Positions 1-8,978 of a stretch of 34,686 nt of DNA are shown here, one piece after another. The notes under the pieces were generated by a model that was not told the origin of the DNA, searched no databases, and saw only the letters and a list, made by a program, of their open reading frames with translations. The stretch lies in IMG/VR virus record IMGVR_UViG_3300005512_000149, positions 1 through 34,686 of that record; one strand, 5' to 3'. The translations under genes were made by a program, and so were the position numbers. Numbering within the stretch: the first letter of the stretch is position 1; each line of letters starts with the position of its first letter. Source of the DNA: a virus. Its lineage: Duplodnaviria; Caudoviricetes.

Positions 1-140
1 GTAAAGGAATAGAGTTCCTCTTCGATGTAGACCTCCTCAGCCAGCTCTATGATGGCATTACGCAAGCGCATAAAGACTTCAGCCTCAGTTATCTGGGGGA
101 AGAGCCGTCTTACTTGTTCTGTAGCTTGCTGATAAGTCAT
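1..140 (-). CDS. Putative head-tail adaptor/head-completion protein (partial, runs off the window)
   Basis: ATG at 140-138 overlaps the stop of the upstream ORF (TAATG). Open frame MTYQQATEQVRRLFPQITEAEVFMRLRNAIIELAEE reaches the window edge. Function inferred from position and a helical MT..L...V-type start. Confidence 0.55.
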   Translation of the reverse strand, partial: MTYQQATEQVRRLFPQITEAEVFMRLRNAIIELAEEVYIEEELYSF

Positions 141-580
141 TACTGAACCGATTCAAATCGAATAATGTTAAGCGTAGTTGTAACAGTTTCTGCTTGCGCG
201 TAGTACTTGGTAGGGGCACCAGCTTCTGCCATTAGGAATGTGCATTCACCTGGCCCTATTCTGCAAAACTGTGTTGGAGGAAAACTTCCATCATCTACAG
301 AAAGTATTACGGCACTATTGGTGGAAGGGTTGCTAAATATCAGCAAGTCACCATCGCTATATCCCGTGTATTCAGCTTGAGTCGATGGCGTTGGGTTTAC
401 TTGCAGGGAAACAACCTCTGGAAAAACAGCAGGGTCAATCGTCTTGGTAAAATCGGCTTCAAACTTATGAACAGCTTTTGAACCAGATGTTACATACTGA
501 AGATCATTGGTCGACGTATTTGTTGATCCAAAGTTTGTAGGCGCTGTTATCTTTAGCTGTATCCTTACGTTATCTGCCAT
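140..580 (-). CDS. Putative virion structural protein (beta-rich, paralog of 604-1011)
   Basis: 146-aa T/S-rich ORF in the late operon; similar in length and motifs to its neighbour. Confidence 0.6.
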   Translation of the reverse strand: MADNVRIQLKITAPTNFGSTNTSTNDLQYVTSGSKAVHKFEADFTKTIDPAVFPEVVSLQVNPTPSTQAEYTGYSDGDLLIFSNPSTNSAVILSVDDGSFPPTQFCRIGPGECTFLMAEAGAPTKYYAQAETVTTTLNIIRFESVQ

Positions 581-603
581 AATACGCTAGATTGCTTAAG
601 AGA

Positions 604-1011
604 TTAAAACGAAGACCTAAATACAACTACGTTCACCGTAATAGTGCCACTATCAGCCTCAATGGAAAGCTGTGGAACATTTAAGCCGTGGGCAATAACA
701 GCTATTCCTTGCTGTGGTCTAAGAGAGCTAAATGTATAGTCATTCCCGCCAACAACCACACCAAGATACCCCGGTATACTAGTGCTTGTATTTTCTACAT
801 AGATAATATCCCCAGCATCAAAGGTTGCTATGCCTGACGTGATGTTTGTTGGAACCGCATCATTAGTATCTGATGTTTGTATTGTTACTACTTCTTGTAC
901 GACACTATCAAACGTATCGCTTGCCCTAAAACCAGCAATGTACTTTCTGTCTAGTCCGTACTTTTCAAGTACTCCCTCGATAGACAAACCTATGTTTACT
1001 TTGTTAGCCAT
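604..1011 (-). CDS. Putative virion structural protein (beta-rich, paralog of 140-580)
   Basis: 135-aa ORF starting MAN, overlapping the stop of the upstream gene, located after the capsid gene. Confidence 0.6.
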   Translation of the reverse strand: MANKVNIGLSIEGVLEKYGLDRKYIAGFRASDTFDSVVQEVVTIQTSDTNDAVPTNITSGIATFDAGDIIYVENTSTSIPGYLGVVVGGNDYTFSSLRPQQGIAVIAHGLNVPQLSIEADSGTITVNVVVFRSSF

Positions 1012-2083
1012 TTGCCTGAACCACTCCTAGTTTTTGTAACTCTTGTGCATACATCGCATCGTAATACTGACGATCTGCGGTAAGCGATTGGATCTCGAGC
1101 GTCTTACGTTGAAGCTTGTCGTTTGCTTCACTGACCTTGCTTTGAAGCTGTAAGCCATAAGACTGCAGCTCTTGCCCGTAAGTCTGAATCTCAGTACCAA
1201 AGCGTTCTAATTCAAGTCGGTATTCCGATACTTCCTTCTCAAGCCTGCGGGCTTCATCTTGTATCGCAAGATTATCAGTACGCTGAGCCGTCTCGACAAG
1301 TCGCTCTTGTGTAAGCTGTGCTTGCGATATAGCTTTTTGTACTTCTATCTGATGCTCATTAAGCTCGGCCTGATACAAGCTCAGAGATGACTGGTACTCG
1401 CTTATTTGGGCTTCAAGCGTACGAGCCTCGTTCTGTACGTTTACGTCTGTTTCAAGCTGTGCGTTTGTCCTAAGCTGTTCTAGCTCTATCTGAGTAGCTT
1501 GTACAAGCTTCTGTACGTCTGCTTGGTACTTGTTCAGATCTTGCGTGTACCGATCAAGGCTTAGACGATACGTAGATACTTGCTTTTCTAATTCCTTTGC
1601 TTCGTTCTGAAGCGCTACGCTGTCTGCACGACTTGCAATGTCTTGCAGTCTTTTTAGATAAGCATCAACCTTGTTGATCGCGTGGTTAATCGAAGAGTCA
1701 TACCTGCGGGCATTAAGAGCCGTAAACTCATTGATAGCCGTCTGCGATTCTGCTTGGTACTCAGAAAGCTCTGTCTGTATCTGGCTTAGATAGGACTGCG
1801 CAAGCTCAATATCGCCATTGGTCATGGCCGTATTGAAGTCTGCGTAGCTTACAGATAGAACGGGTAGCGTTATAAACGAAGGCGCAAGATCTTGTATGAT
1901 CGTATCTACTTCGTTAAGCGCCGCATCAGCCTCTGTGTAGGTGTCAGATACTACGTCTGTATACGTAAATATCGGAGCCCCAGGCACTGAAAGCGTATTC
2001 GCAAGACTGGTTATAGAGCTTATGTTTATACCAAACACCGTGCTTGCGACAGCGTCTGTGTAGGTAAAGCTTGGGCTACCCAA
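1004..2083 (-). CDS. Coiled-coil virion protein with three 58-aa repeats; probably 5'-truncated
   Basis: 359-aa Q/E/L-rich ORF. Only a TTG start without an RBS, with an in-frame TGA shortly upstream. QNEA/QNEA/QDEA motifs are spaced exactly 174 nt apart. Confidence 0.65.
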   Translation of the reverse strand: MGSPSFTYTDAVASTVFGINISSITSLANTLSVPGAPIFTYTDVVSDTYTEADAALNEVDTIIQDLAPSFITLPVLSVSYADFNTAMTNGDIELAQSYLSQIQTELSEYQAESQTAINEFTALNARRYDSSINHAINKVDAYLKRLQDIASRADSVALQNEAKELEKQVSTYRLSLDRYTQDLNKYQADVQKLVQATQIELEQLRTNAQLETDVNVQNEARTLEAQISEYQSSLSLYQAELNEHQIEVQKAISQAQLTQERLVETAQRTDNLAIQDEARRLEKEVSEYRLELERFGTEIQTYGQELQSYGLQLQSKVSEANDKLQRKTLEIQSLTADRQYYDAMYAQELQKLGVVQANG

Positions 2084-2111
2084 AAAGCTGACGTAGGGGC
2101 TTGTTCAACCG

Positions 2112-3533
2112 TTAGGAGAACTTGAGTAGGGCGTGCGTTTCAGGAAGGCTGATCTCAAGACCTGCTTCCGTCAACACCATATCCTTACGACCATCAACGT
2201 CGTTGTTCTGTACATTGGTGATGATCTGCGTGTCGCGGTTCTCACCATTGCCAACGAGAGGACGGTACTTCACGTTTGCCATATCGACGGCGATCGCCAT
2301 ATTCTCGAATGGGCCACGGAGTAGTGGTTCCATTACGAAGTTAAGCGATCCGTACATCGTTTCGATCTTCGTGATATTGTGACCGAAGCGACCTTGGCCA
2401 GTCTGAATGTCAAACTTCAGAGCAGTTGCATCTGTCGTTCCCGTAACACCAAACGAGTTGGCTAGGAATCCGTTGCCACCCAGCTTCTGGAAGTAGTTCA
2501 TTACCTTACGAGACGCAAGAACAAGCTTGTTAGGCGAGTTACCAATTTCTGGCGCAAAGAACTCTTCGGTGAAGTCTACGAAGTCATCGTAGCTTGAAGA
2601 AGCATAGGTAAACGCTTTGTTGTACCCATACTTCTCGGTGTAAGGAACGATACCGTGGGTGTATCGGGCAGGGCCAGATCCAGACTCATCAGCACGACCT
2701 ACACCAAACATCAGTGCGTGTTCGATGTCGATCTTGTGCTCTTTGAGCTTCTGGTTCCAGATGCGCATATACTCATCGGGACGACCACGGTAGCGCGTAG
2801 CCAGTGCCGTACCAGAGAAAAGAGGCACAGCCGTCTTGAAGATCTGCGTATAACCTTCTCGGTCATAAAGCTGATCTACCCAGCCATCGGGTGCCGTTGA
2901 TCCTTCACCAAAAGCAGAGCCAATGATCTGTCCCTTGTAGCCTTCAACGCTTGCGGTCTTCTGATAGAAGTCCATCGCCGTAAGACCCGTAAGCGTATCG
3001 GTGTAACCGCTCGTTCCCGTGATGTCGGATACGTGCGTAACCGTGATGTTTACGGTCGTACCGTCGCCAGAGTCAGAGCCTACGCTGTTGATCGTAGCAT
3101 ACACCAAGTAGTTTGGCGTAGAGTCGATGGCAGCTCCTACAGAACCCTGTAGAACAATACGCTGATTAGGAAGGAAGAAATCAGCCGTACCCGTTACTTG
3201 AAACCCGTTGGCATCCTTGCCGAGGTCACGGCCGTAGTTGTCTACCGTAGCACCAAGAACGATGTCAAAGGTAGGGGTCGTTTGTAGGTTTTGGTCTACC
3301 TTATCGGTCGAAACGATAAAGTTACGACGTTGCCATTGGTGACGCTGCTCCAAGAACTTGAATACAGGATCATCCGTAGGGGCTTTAGATAGTTGCGATA
3401 GATACGCAAAGAAAGGTGATTCCATTGGCGCAAGTTCTGCGACACGGTCACCAAAATTAAAAATTCGGCGTGAGCTGTCAATGCTCACTCCCTGCACCGT
3501 ATTGGACGGCGTTACTGAGTACTGATTAGCCAT
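2112..3533 (-). CDS. Major capsid protein (SU10/DUF5309-like, HK97 fold)
   Basis: 473 aa, downstream of portal and scaffold. Motifs ELAPMESPFF, YTQIFKT, KEHKIDIEHALMFG and DGRKDMVLTEAGLEISLPETHA are typical of this capsid family. Confidence 0.85.
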   Translation of the reverse strand: MANQYSVTPSNTVQGVSIDSSRRIFNFGDRVAELAPMESPFFAYLSQLSKAPTDDPVFKFLEQRHQWQRRNFIVSTDKVDQNLQTTPTFDIVLGATVDNYGRDLGKDANGFQVTGTADFFLPNQRIVLQGSVGAAIDSTPNYLVYATINSVGSDSGDGTTVNITVTHVSDITGTSGYTDTLTGLTAMDFYQKTASVEGYKGQIIGSAFGEGSTAPDGWVDQLYDREGYTQIFKTAVPLFSGTALATRYRGRPDEYMRIWNQKLKEHKIDIEHALMFGVGRADESGSGPARYTHGIVPYTEKYGYNKAFTYASSSYDDFVDFTEEFFAPEIGNSPNKLVLASRKVMNYFQKLGGNGFLANSFGVTGTTDATALKFDIQTGQGRFGHNITKIETMYGSLNFVMEPLLRGPFENMAIAVDMANVKYRPLVGNGENRDTQIITNVQNNDVDGRKDMVLTEAGLEISLPETHALLKFS

Positions 3534-3553
3534 TGTATGTCAAGGTTTCGACG

Positions 3554-4495
3554 CTAGAAGTCGGAGTTCTTTTTCTCCATACCCAGCATCATTTCAAAGA
3601 ATTGATCCTCTGCTTTTGGCTGAGGAATGCTAGAGTTGCCGACGGTACTAGCTGGCATAGGGAAATTCACCTGCTGTGGTGGCTTTCTCTGTGGCTGTTG
3701 CTGAATACCGTTCTTCATCTTGTATAAAGCCACAACGTCCTGCGGGGTTACTTGATAACCCTGCGCCCATTGAATCACACCAGCGGCTTCCTGTGGGTTT
3801 ACACCAGACTCTACGAATGAACCGTAGATCTGCTGCATTTGCTGCTGTTGCGCTTGGGCTTGGCGCTGCTGCTCCATTTGTTGGATGTAAGGCTGAAAAG
3901 CTGATTCAACCTGCTGTCGCGTCATAGCAATGTCATACTCACGCCGTTCTTCGTAATAGCTGTCAAGCTTACTTAGATAAGCGTCGTACTCTTGCTTATA
4001 ACGCCCAGAAGGACTTGAAGCGTCTACGTCATACGGATCGTAGTCTCTAGGCTTTTCTGGTGCTTTAGGCTTTTCTGGCGGCTCTATCTTTGATTCAGCT
4101 GGCGCTTGTGCGTCGCTGGAACCTTGCCGCGAGAGTTCTTGCTCAATGGTCTCGTAGACCCTTTTCGCGACAGAAGGATTGCCATTGATGTACTCCATCA
4201 GTGGCATTACTTCCTTCATACGCGTAAGCTCACTCTGCGCCTTGTCGTATTTGGACTGAAAATCCCGTCGTCGTTTCTCTTCTAACGCAATACGCTCTTC
4301 GATTGGTATGTCTTGCGAACCCTCATCGGATTGCTCAAAACCACCCTCTTCTTGAACGTCTTCTGGCATTGGCACACGTTGTGGTGCCGTGTCAGGCGCT
4401 TCGTTTTGAAACGAGTATGGATCACTCGAAGACTTGCCCATGAACGCGTCCATAAGCTCATCTACGCTATTTGTTGTCTCGGTTACGTTGCTCAT
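3554..4495 (-). CDS. Capsid scaffolding protein
   Basis: 313-aa acidic, Q/P-rich coiled-coil ORF (FQSKYDKAQSEL) between portal and capsid. Confidence 0.7.
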   Translation of the reverse strand: MSNVTETTNSVDELMDAFMGKSSSDPYSFQNEAPDTAPQRVPMPEDVQEEGGFEQSDEGSQDIPIEERIALEEKRRRDFQSKYDKAQSELTRMKEVMPLMEYINGNPSVAKRVYETIEQELSRQGSSDAQAPAESKIEPPEKPKAPEKPRDYDPYDVDASSPSGRYKQEYDAYLSKLDSYYEERREYDIAMTRQQVESAFQPYIQQMEQQRQAQAQQQQMQQIYGSFVESGVNPQEAAGVIQWAQGYQVTPQDVVALYKMKNGIQQQPQRKPPQQVNFPMPASTVGNSSIPQPKAEDQFFEMMLGMEKKNSDF

Positions 4496-4832
4496 TTATA
4501 ATGGTTGCGGCTTGCGCTTTGTTTTTGATCTTGTCAAGTTGAGAACCAAACTTCTCTACTTCGACACGCTTACGAGCCTGTATCGCTTCACGATCAGCCG
4601 TCTGTAAGTCGCCTTGTAGTCGCTTGATTTCTTCTTGAGCCTGCTGTAGCTGACCTTGTAGATTCCTAACGATTCCAACACGTTCCATAACACCATCGGC
4701 ATCAGCCACGTCTGTCTTCTTAAGGATCTCTACTTGGTCAATGATTCCCATCTGATACAACTGCATATAGTATTCCAGTAGGGCATATCTGTTTGTAGGC
4801 AGAATAGATCCAGATACAACCTGCACGTCATA
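4467..4832 (-). CDS. Portal protein C-terminal segment (out of frame with the N-terminal segment)
   Basis: Frame reads YDVQVVSGSILPTNRYALLEYYMQLYQMG followed by a coiled coil, resembling the YDV.V..G motif and C-terminal barrel of P22-like portals. Confidence 0.75.
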   Translation of the reverse strand, partial: YDVQVVSGSILPTNRYALLEYYMQLYQMGIIDQVEILKKTDVADADGVMERVGIVRNLQGQLQQAQEEIKRLQGDLQTADREAIQARKRVEVEKFGSQLDKIKNKAQAATIINEQRNRDNK

Positions 4833-6256
4833 CCCATCTCTGCATCATACTCGATGATTGCGCTACCTGCTTTTGCAAAGTCTTGTTCGATGACTCTCTT
4901 ATCAACACTGCCTCTAGGAAGGAATACTTTGACATTAGTACTGTTAGCAAGATTAGCCACCAACTGCATATGAAGCTTGTTGATGCTGTCTTGGAATGGG
5001 CGCACGAAATCAATATCACTTATCGGATATGGATCACGGTCGTGTCGTCCTAGGATAGGCACAATCGGATACTCGTCAATCGGTAAGTAGTAGCTACGAT
5101 ATAGCTGACCACCGATGATGATTACGTGCTTGATCCTTGGAAGCCGAACGGGTCTTGCCTCCATAACGCCATTGTCGAGTAGCACTTGATGTGGCATACT
5201 CTTTATGATCGCAGGCTGCATTGGGATCATAGCACCCGTCTGTGGATCCTGCTGTGGCGGTATTTCTATAAGCCTTGTTTCGGGGTCTTCCGTAGGCTGT
5301 GCCATCTCAAAGAGTTCGGCACCATTACTTGCTGTATCTACAGCGTAGATCTGTTGCTGCCCCGTATTCGGATCACTAAACACAAAAGCTGGCGTTTCCA
5401 TCAGCTGTGCAAAGTCATCGTACAGATCTACCTTTTCCTCACCACCAGACATGGAATGGTGTATGTAATCAACCTTGACCTTGCTGTAACGGTCAATAAC
5501 TACATAGCGTCTGTGGTGGTTGTCATACACACGGTCTCGGCTACGACTCAGATCGTCAACCTTCGTTGAGACAAATTCCTCAATGTCATCGTGTGTAGTT
5601 TGGGCTCTGCTCAGTATAGGCTTGGAATCTGGCCACATACCTAATACTTGCTCACCCGTAAGAAGGTGCTCTACGAGCACATGGCTTGCGTCACGGAACA
5701 GCCTATCACGACTGTTCGGATCAGGCAAGACCTTGAGTGTGTCAACGGCTACAACCTTGATGTCGCCCCGATTGTAATCACTTTCGGGATCAACGTAAGC
5801 CATCAAAAAGCCACGGCCCGTCATAAAGTAGTCATAGAGCGACTCTTTAAGCTGTGCATTGCCATAGCTGTTTGCCCATATGTAAGACATCAGATCGCTA
5901 ATAGCACGTGCTGTCTTAACGTCTGAATCCTCCCGTGCCGTTGCTTGAAAGCCTGGCGGTCTGCCCGTCAATAGACTGATCGACAACTCCATTGCTGGGT
6001 AGATCACATTGATCGGGACAGCCGCCTGTCCACGACTGGCTAAGGTGTCTACTTGTTCTGCACTGAACTGATAACCGTGCGCGTAATCCTTACTCTCAGA
6101 AGCGCGATCTCCCCAAGCGTCCTGTGAGTCACGGTAGTGTCTGTGCAGGGATAACGTCAGAGTGACCTCTTCGTTTGAAGACGTGTCCTCTGTCTCTTCT
6201 ACGTTATCCGTAGGAGAAAACTCTTCGTGTGTATTTGGATCAAATATCTTCTCCAT
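4730..6256 (-). CDS. Portal protein (P22-like), N-terminal segment; frame broken near 4833
   Basis: Follows terL. Motifs GYQFS...LASRGQAAVPINVI, VLPDPNSRD.LF.DA and YPIVP...PYPISD. The last 33 aa after IIEYDAEMG look non-native. Confidence 0.85.
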   Translation of the reverse strand: MEKIFDPNTHEEFSPTDNVEETEDTSSNEEVTLTLSLHRHYRDSQDAWGDRASESKDYAHGYQFSAEQVDTLASRGQAAVPINVIYPAMELSISLLTGRPPGFQATAREDSDVKTARAISDLMSYIWANSYGNAQLKESLYDYFMTGRGFLMAYVDPESDYNRGDIKVVAVDTLKVLPDPNSRDRLFRDASHVLVEHLLTGEQVLGMWPDSKPILSRAQTTHDDIEEFVSTKVDDLSRSRDRVYDNHHRRYVVIDRYSKVKVDYIHHSMSGGEEKVDLYDDFAQLMETPAFVFSDPNTGQQQIYAVDTASNGAELFEMAQPTEDPETRLIEIPPQQDPQTGAMIPMQPAIIKSMPHQVLLDNGVMEARPVRLPRIKHVIIIGGQLYRSYYLPIDEYPIVPILGRHDRDPYPISDIDFVRPFQDSINKLHMQLVANLANSTNVKVFLPRGSVDKRVIEQDFAKAGSAIIEYDAEMGMTCRLYLDLFCLQTDMPYWNTICSCIRWESLTK

Positions 6257-7734
6257 TACTCAACCATCCAGTCGTAAGAGCGCTCCCTTACGATAGGTTC
6301 ATCTGTATTGTTACGAAAGTCGTGATCGCCATATGGCGGGAACGCACCTTTGACGGCATAGAAGAAAGCATCTAGCGTGTCATCGTGCTTGCCCCTTGGA
6401 AAGATCAGTACCTCGTCAGCGAACTCACTGTGAGACTTCTTGATGTATACCTTCTTGCGAGCAAACATAGGTTGTAAGCCTTCAAGCCGCTGAACCTTAC
6501 CCTTGCGTGGTTGGTTCTTAATCGCAAGGCCAGGTATGTACACGCCTTCCAATCTCGTAAGATAGTCACGTAGCATCTCTTGGTAGCCTACGGTTTCTAT
6601 CTGAACCTTAGCTGGCTTGTACTTCCTATACCAATCCAAGATAGCGTCAGCTACGTCCATAGGCTTGATACGCTTCCTTAGGTAGTCAATAACATAGACG
6701 TTCTTGTCCTCGTCCATACCTATGACCATAATGCACGTGTAGTCTGCAGTAGCTCGAACACTACTAGCAGGGTCAACGCCCATAAAAATATTAACGGCGG
6801 TTTTTTCCTTGGTCTGGCTGTCGACGATGTAGCCATCGGATAAATCTCCTTCATAGTACTGCAAGTCATTTTCTCTGAATAGCTGGTCACTATCTCCAAT
6901 CACTTCGCACTGATACTCACGATAGAAAGCGCTTACCCTACCAATCGACTCCAAGCTTGCCTTCTTCTCATACAGCCATTCAAGACTGCGCATCTCTGGC
7001 CATAAAGCCAAGTCATTTCCATCAGCATCCTTATCAATAGCCTTGTAGGATAGCGTCATCCAGTCAGGCATCTGTTTGAGCGTGAATACCACACTACGCT
7101 CTTTTTGTGGCGTACCAATGTTTACAACCTTGCAGTCCCTACTACCCGCAGGTACAAGCCCTTGAAGGATCCAGCGCAGGTTGTCTTCCATACGCTCTAC
7201 CGTCTTGGTATTCTCTTCGTCCTCAGCGTCATCCAAGATGATATAATCGGGACGCATACCATCAATGTTCAAACCACGGACTTGTTGGCCCATACCACGA
7301 CACACAATCATACTACCGTTAGATAGCCGTATGATGTCCTCACGCCAAGCCTTCGCGTTAGCAGCACCTTGATACCCAAACAGATCCTTAAGGTGTGGGT
7401 TGTACTCAAGCTGGTTCTTTATGGTCGTAAGCAGGTTAACCGTATGGCTCCTACTCTTAGATACAAGCAGGATGAACTTGGGACTAGGACGCTTCTTGTT
7501 TCTTAGATCCTCACAAAAGATGCGCCAGAGCGGGAATAGCAATGCACATAGCGTACTCTTTGCGTGACCACGGGGCGCAAGCACATTAAGTTGCTTGACA
7601 TCCAAGTTCGTCATAGCGTCTATAATCTCCCTATGGAACGCAGGACTTTCCGTCTCAAACAACTTGGGAAGACAAGCTTTGGCAAAGTACAGCGGGTCTT
7701 CCACACAACGACGCTGCACTTCTTGTTTTAGCAT
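6256..7734 (-). CDS. terL: Terminase large subunit
   Basis: Walker A-like APRGHAKST, Walker B IILDDAEDE, IGTP coupling motif, RNase H-like MGVDPA and GKHDDTLDA. Confidence 0.95.
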   Translation of the reverse strand: MLKQEVQRRCVEDPLYFAKACLPKLFETESPAFHREIIDAMTNLDVKQLNVLAPRGHAKSTLCALLFPLWRIFCEDLRNKKRPSPKFILLVSKSRSHTVNLLTTIKNQLEYNPHLKDLFGYQGAANAKAWREDIIRLSNGSMIVCRGMGQQVRGLNIDGMRPDYIILDDAEDEENTKTVERMEDNLRWILQGLVPAGSRDCKVVNIGTPQKERSVVFTLKQMPDWMTLSYKAIDKDADGNDLALWPEMRSLEWLYEKKASLESIGRVSAFYREYQCEVIGDSDQLFRENDLQYYEGDLSDGYIVDSQTKEKTAVNIFMGVDPASSVRATADYTCIMVIGMDEDKNVYVIDYLRKRIKPMDVADAILDWYRKYKPAKVQIETVGYQEMLRDYLTRLEGVYIPGLAIKNQPRKGKVQRLEGLQPMFARKKVYIKKSHSEFADEVLIFPRGKHDDTLDAFFYAVKGAFPPYGDHDFRNNTDEPIVRERSYDWMVE

Positions 7735-7735
7735 A

Positions 7736-7954
7736 TTAGCTTAAACTAAAATAGCGCTTCATAAAGATATACTCTCCCGTATCATCATCGGTAAACGAAG
7801 TAGACGACTCACCTATACCACCAAGTATTTCATTAGCTATAACAGCAAGCTCTACAATGTTAGCGCCCTTATGTGCCTTAAAGGCAACACCAAGACACAA
7901 GAACAAGTTTTCTGGATCAGTGCCCCAAAACTCTTCTATTTGGATTTCGTGCAT
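7736..7954 (-). CDS. Hypothetical protein
   Basis: 72-aa ORF filling the gap between the DUF5675 gene and terL on the late strand. Confidence 0.5.
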   Translation of the reverse strand: MHEIQIEEFWGTDPENLFLCLGVAFKAHKGANIVELAVIANEILGGIGESSTSFTDDDTGEYIFMKRYFSLS

Positions 7955-8343
7955 ACATCAAGATAGAACTGCTTTCCACCAAGCTCATCCATAACATAAG
8001 CAAAGGCTTCACGGCTATTTGTAACTGCCCACTTCTTATTAACATAACCAAGATCCATACCTGGCGCTATACAGCCAGCTAGGTCATCCATGGTATTGCC
8101 TCTGTGGATCAGTATGTAGCTTCTATCTGGCACATCTAATACCTCAATGGCTTCATAGCCACCACGGTAGTACTTCCTTGGCTGACAAGGATACGTACCT
8201 TCTGGTATACAGCTAACCGTAGGCTTGTTATTAAGCCAGGGTCTTTCAACCGTGTATAGCGTCCTACCACTAGGCAGGATCAGCTCACCGAATACACCTA
8301 CGGGCGTGTGTGCAAACCGATTGAGGGTGACTCCAATCTCCAT
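7936..8343 (-). CDS. DUF5675 family protein (L,D-transpeptidase-like; candidate cell-wall/lysis enzyme)
   Basis: TVERPWLNN...SCIPEGTY...RSYILIHRGN...DLAGCI.PG signature, with the His/Cys pair. Confidence 0.8.
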   Translation of the reverse strand: MEIGVTLNRFAHTPVGVFGELILPSGRTLYTVERPWLNNKPTVSCIPEGTYPCQPRKYYRGGYEAIEVLDVPDRSYILIHRGNTMDDLAGCIAPGMDLGYVNKKWAVTNSREAFAYVMDELGGKQFYLDVCTKSK

Positions 8344-8434
8344 ATGAGTACCGTCTTGTTCTCGTCAGCGTTCACAGAGTGAACCCTAACACCTACAACA
8401 TTAGTACCCCTATACGATAGGTGGCCACTACTAG

Positions 8435-8692
8435 TTACTTTGGAGCTGCTTGAAATAAAGTCTTCTTGTTCTCTGCTTTCCATACATCCTTGGCCGTACG
8501 CTTGTTTAACAGCTCTAGGTTATCCTCGCTTGTCACAATCACATTCCACCTTCCTACATCCACAGCGATACGTCGGTGTCCATTCGCTCCAATAAACTCC
8601 TCCCGCACCACTGCTATTTCCTTCAGATCCTTCACCATCACTATATCCCCGTATAGTAGCGTTGGTAGGTAGTTCTTTTCCTTCTTTCTCAC
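8435..8692 (-). CDS. Hypothetical small beta (KOW/SH3-like) protein overlapping the upstream gene
   Basis: 85 aa, GTG start, pattern LLYGDIVMVKDLKEIAVVRE. Overlaps 8520-8978 by 173 nt. Confidence 0.45.
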   Translation of the reverse strand: MRKKEKNYLPTLLYGDIVMVKDLKEIAVVREEFIGANGHRRIAVDVGRWNVIVTSEDNLELLNKRTAKDVWKAENKKTLFQAAPK

Positions 8693-8978
8693 AAATCAGA
8701 CCACCGATAAGACTAGCGTAGTTGATTATATCCATAACCGCGTCCTCTGCGCTTTCGTTATCAAGCTTGCCAACCACTCCATAGTTGTTAAGGCGCTGGA
8801 TCTTGTCCATGATACGAATGAGTATACCCTTAATAGGTTTCACTCCAATGGCTTCAGCCGTACGAAAGTTGGCGAAAGGATCATCGCCCCTTGCGTAGTC
8901 ATTGCCCTTCTTGATCGCAATCTTGTGACAGGCCTCAAACAGCTTCTTTTGATACAAATAAAAGTTAGTCTTATTCAT
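8520..8978 (-). CDS. DUF1599/nucleotide-modification-associated all-alpha NTP pyrophosphatase-like protein
   Basis: KKGNDYA..DPFANF...ILIRIMDKIQRL...NESAEDAVMDIINYA. Confidence 0.75.
   Translation of the reverse strand: MNKTNFYLYQKKLFEACHKIAIKKGNDYARGDDPFANFRTAEAIGVKPIKGILIRIMDKIQRLNNYGVVGKLDNESAEDAVMDIINYASLIGGLICEKEGKELPTNATIRGYSDGEGSEGNSSGAGGVYWSEWTPTYRCGCRKVECDCDKRG

Noticed and set aside
2084-2114. Programmed readthrough or frameshift extending the capsid into the next ORF
   Set aside because: A TGA blocks the downstream frame just after the capsid stop, and the capsid frame meets TAG soon after.
1000-2600. Frequent AAGCTT sites as a repeat element
   Set aside because: Explained by preferred AAG-CTT (Lys-Leu) and similar codon pairs; irregular spacing.
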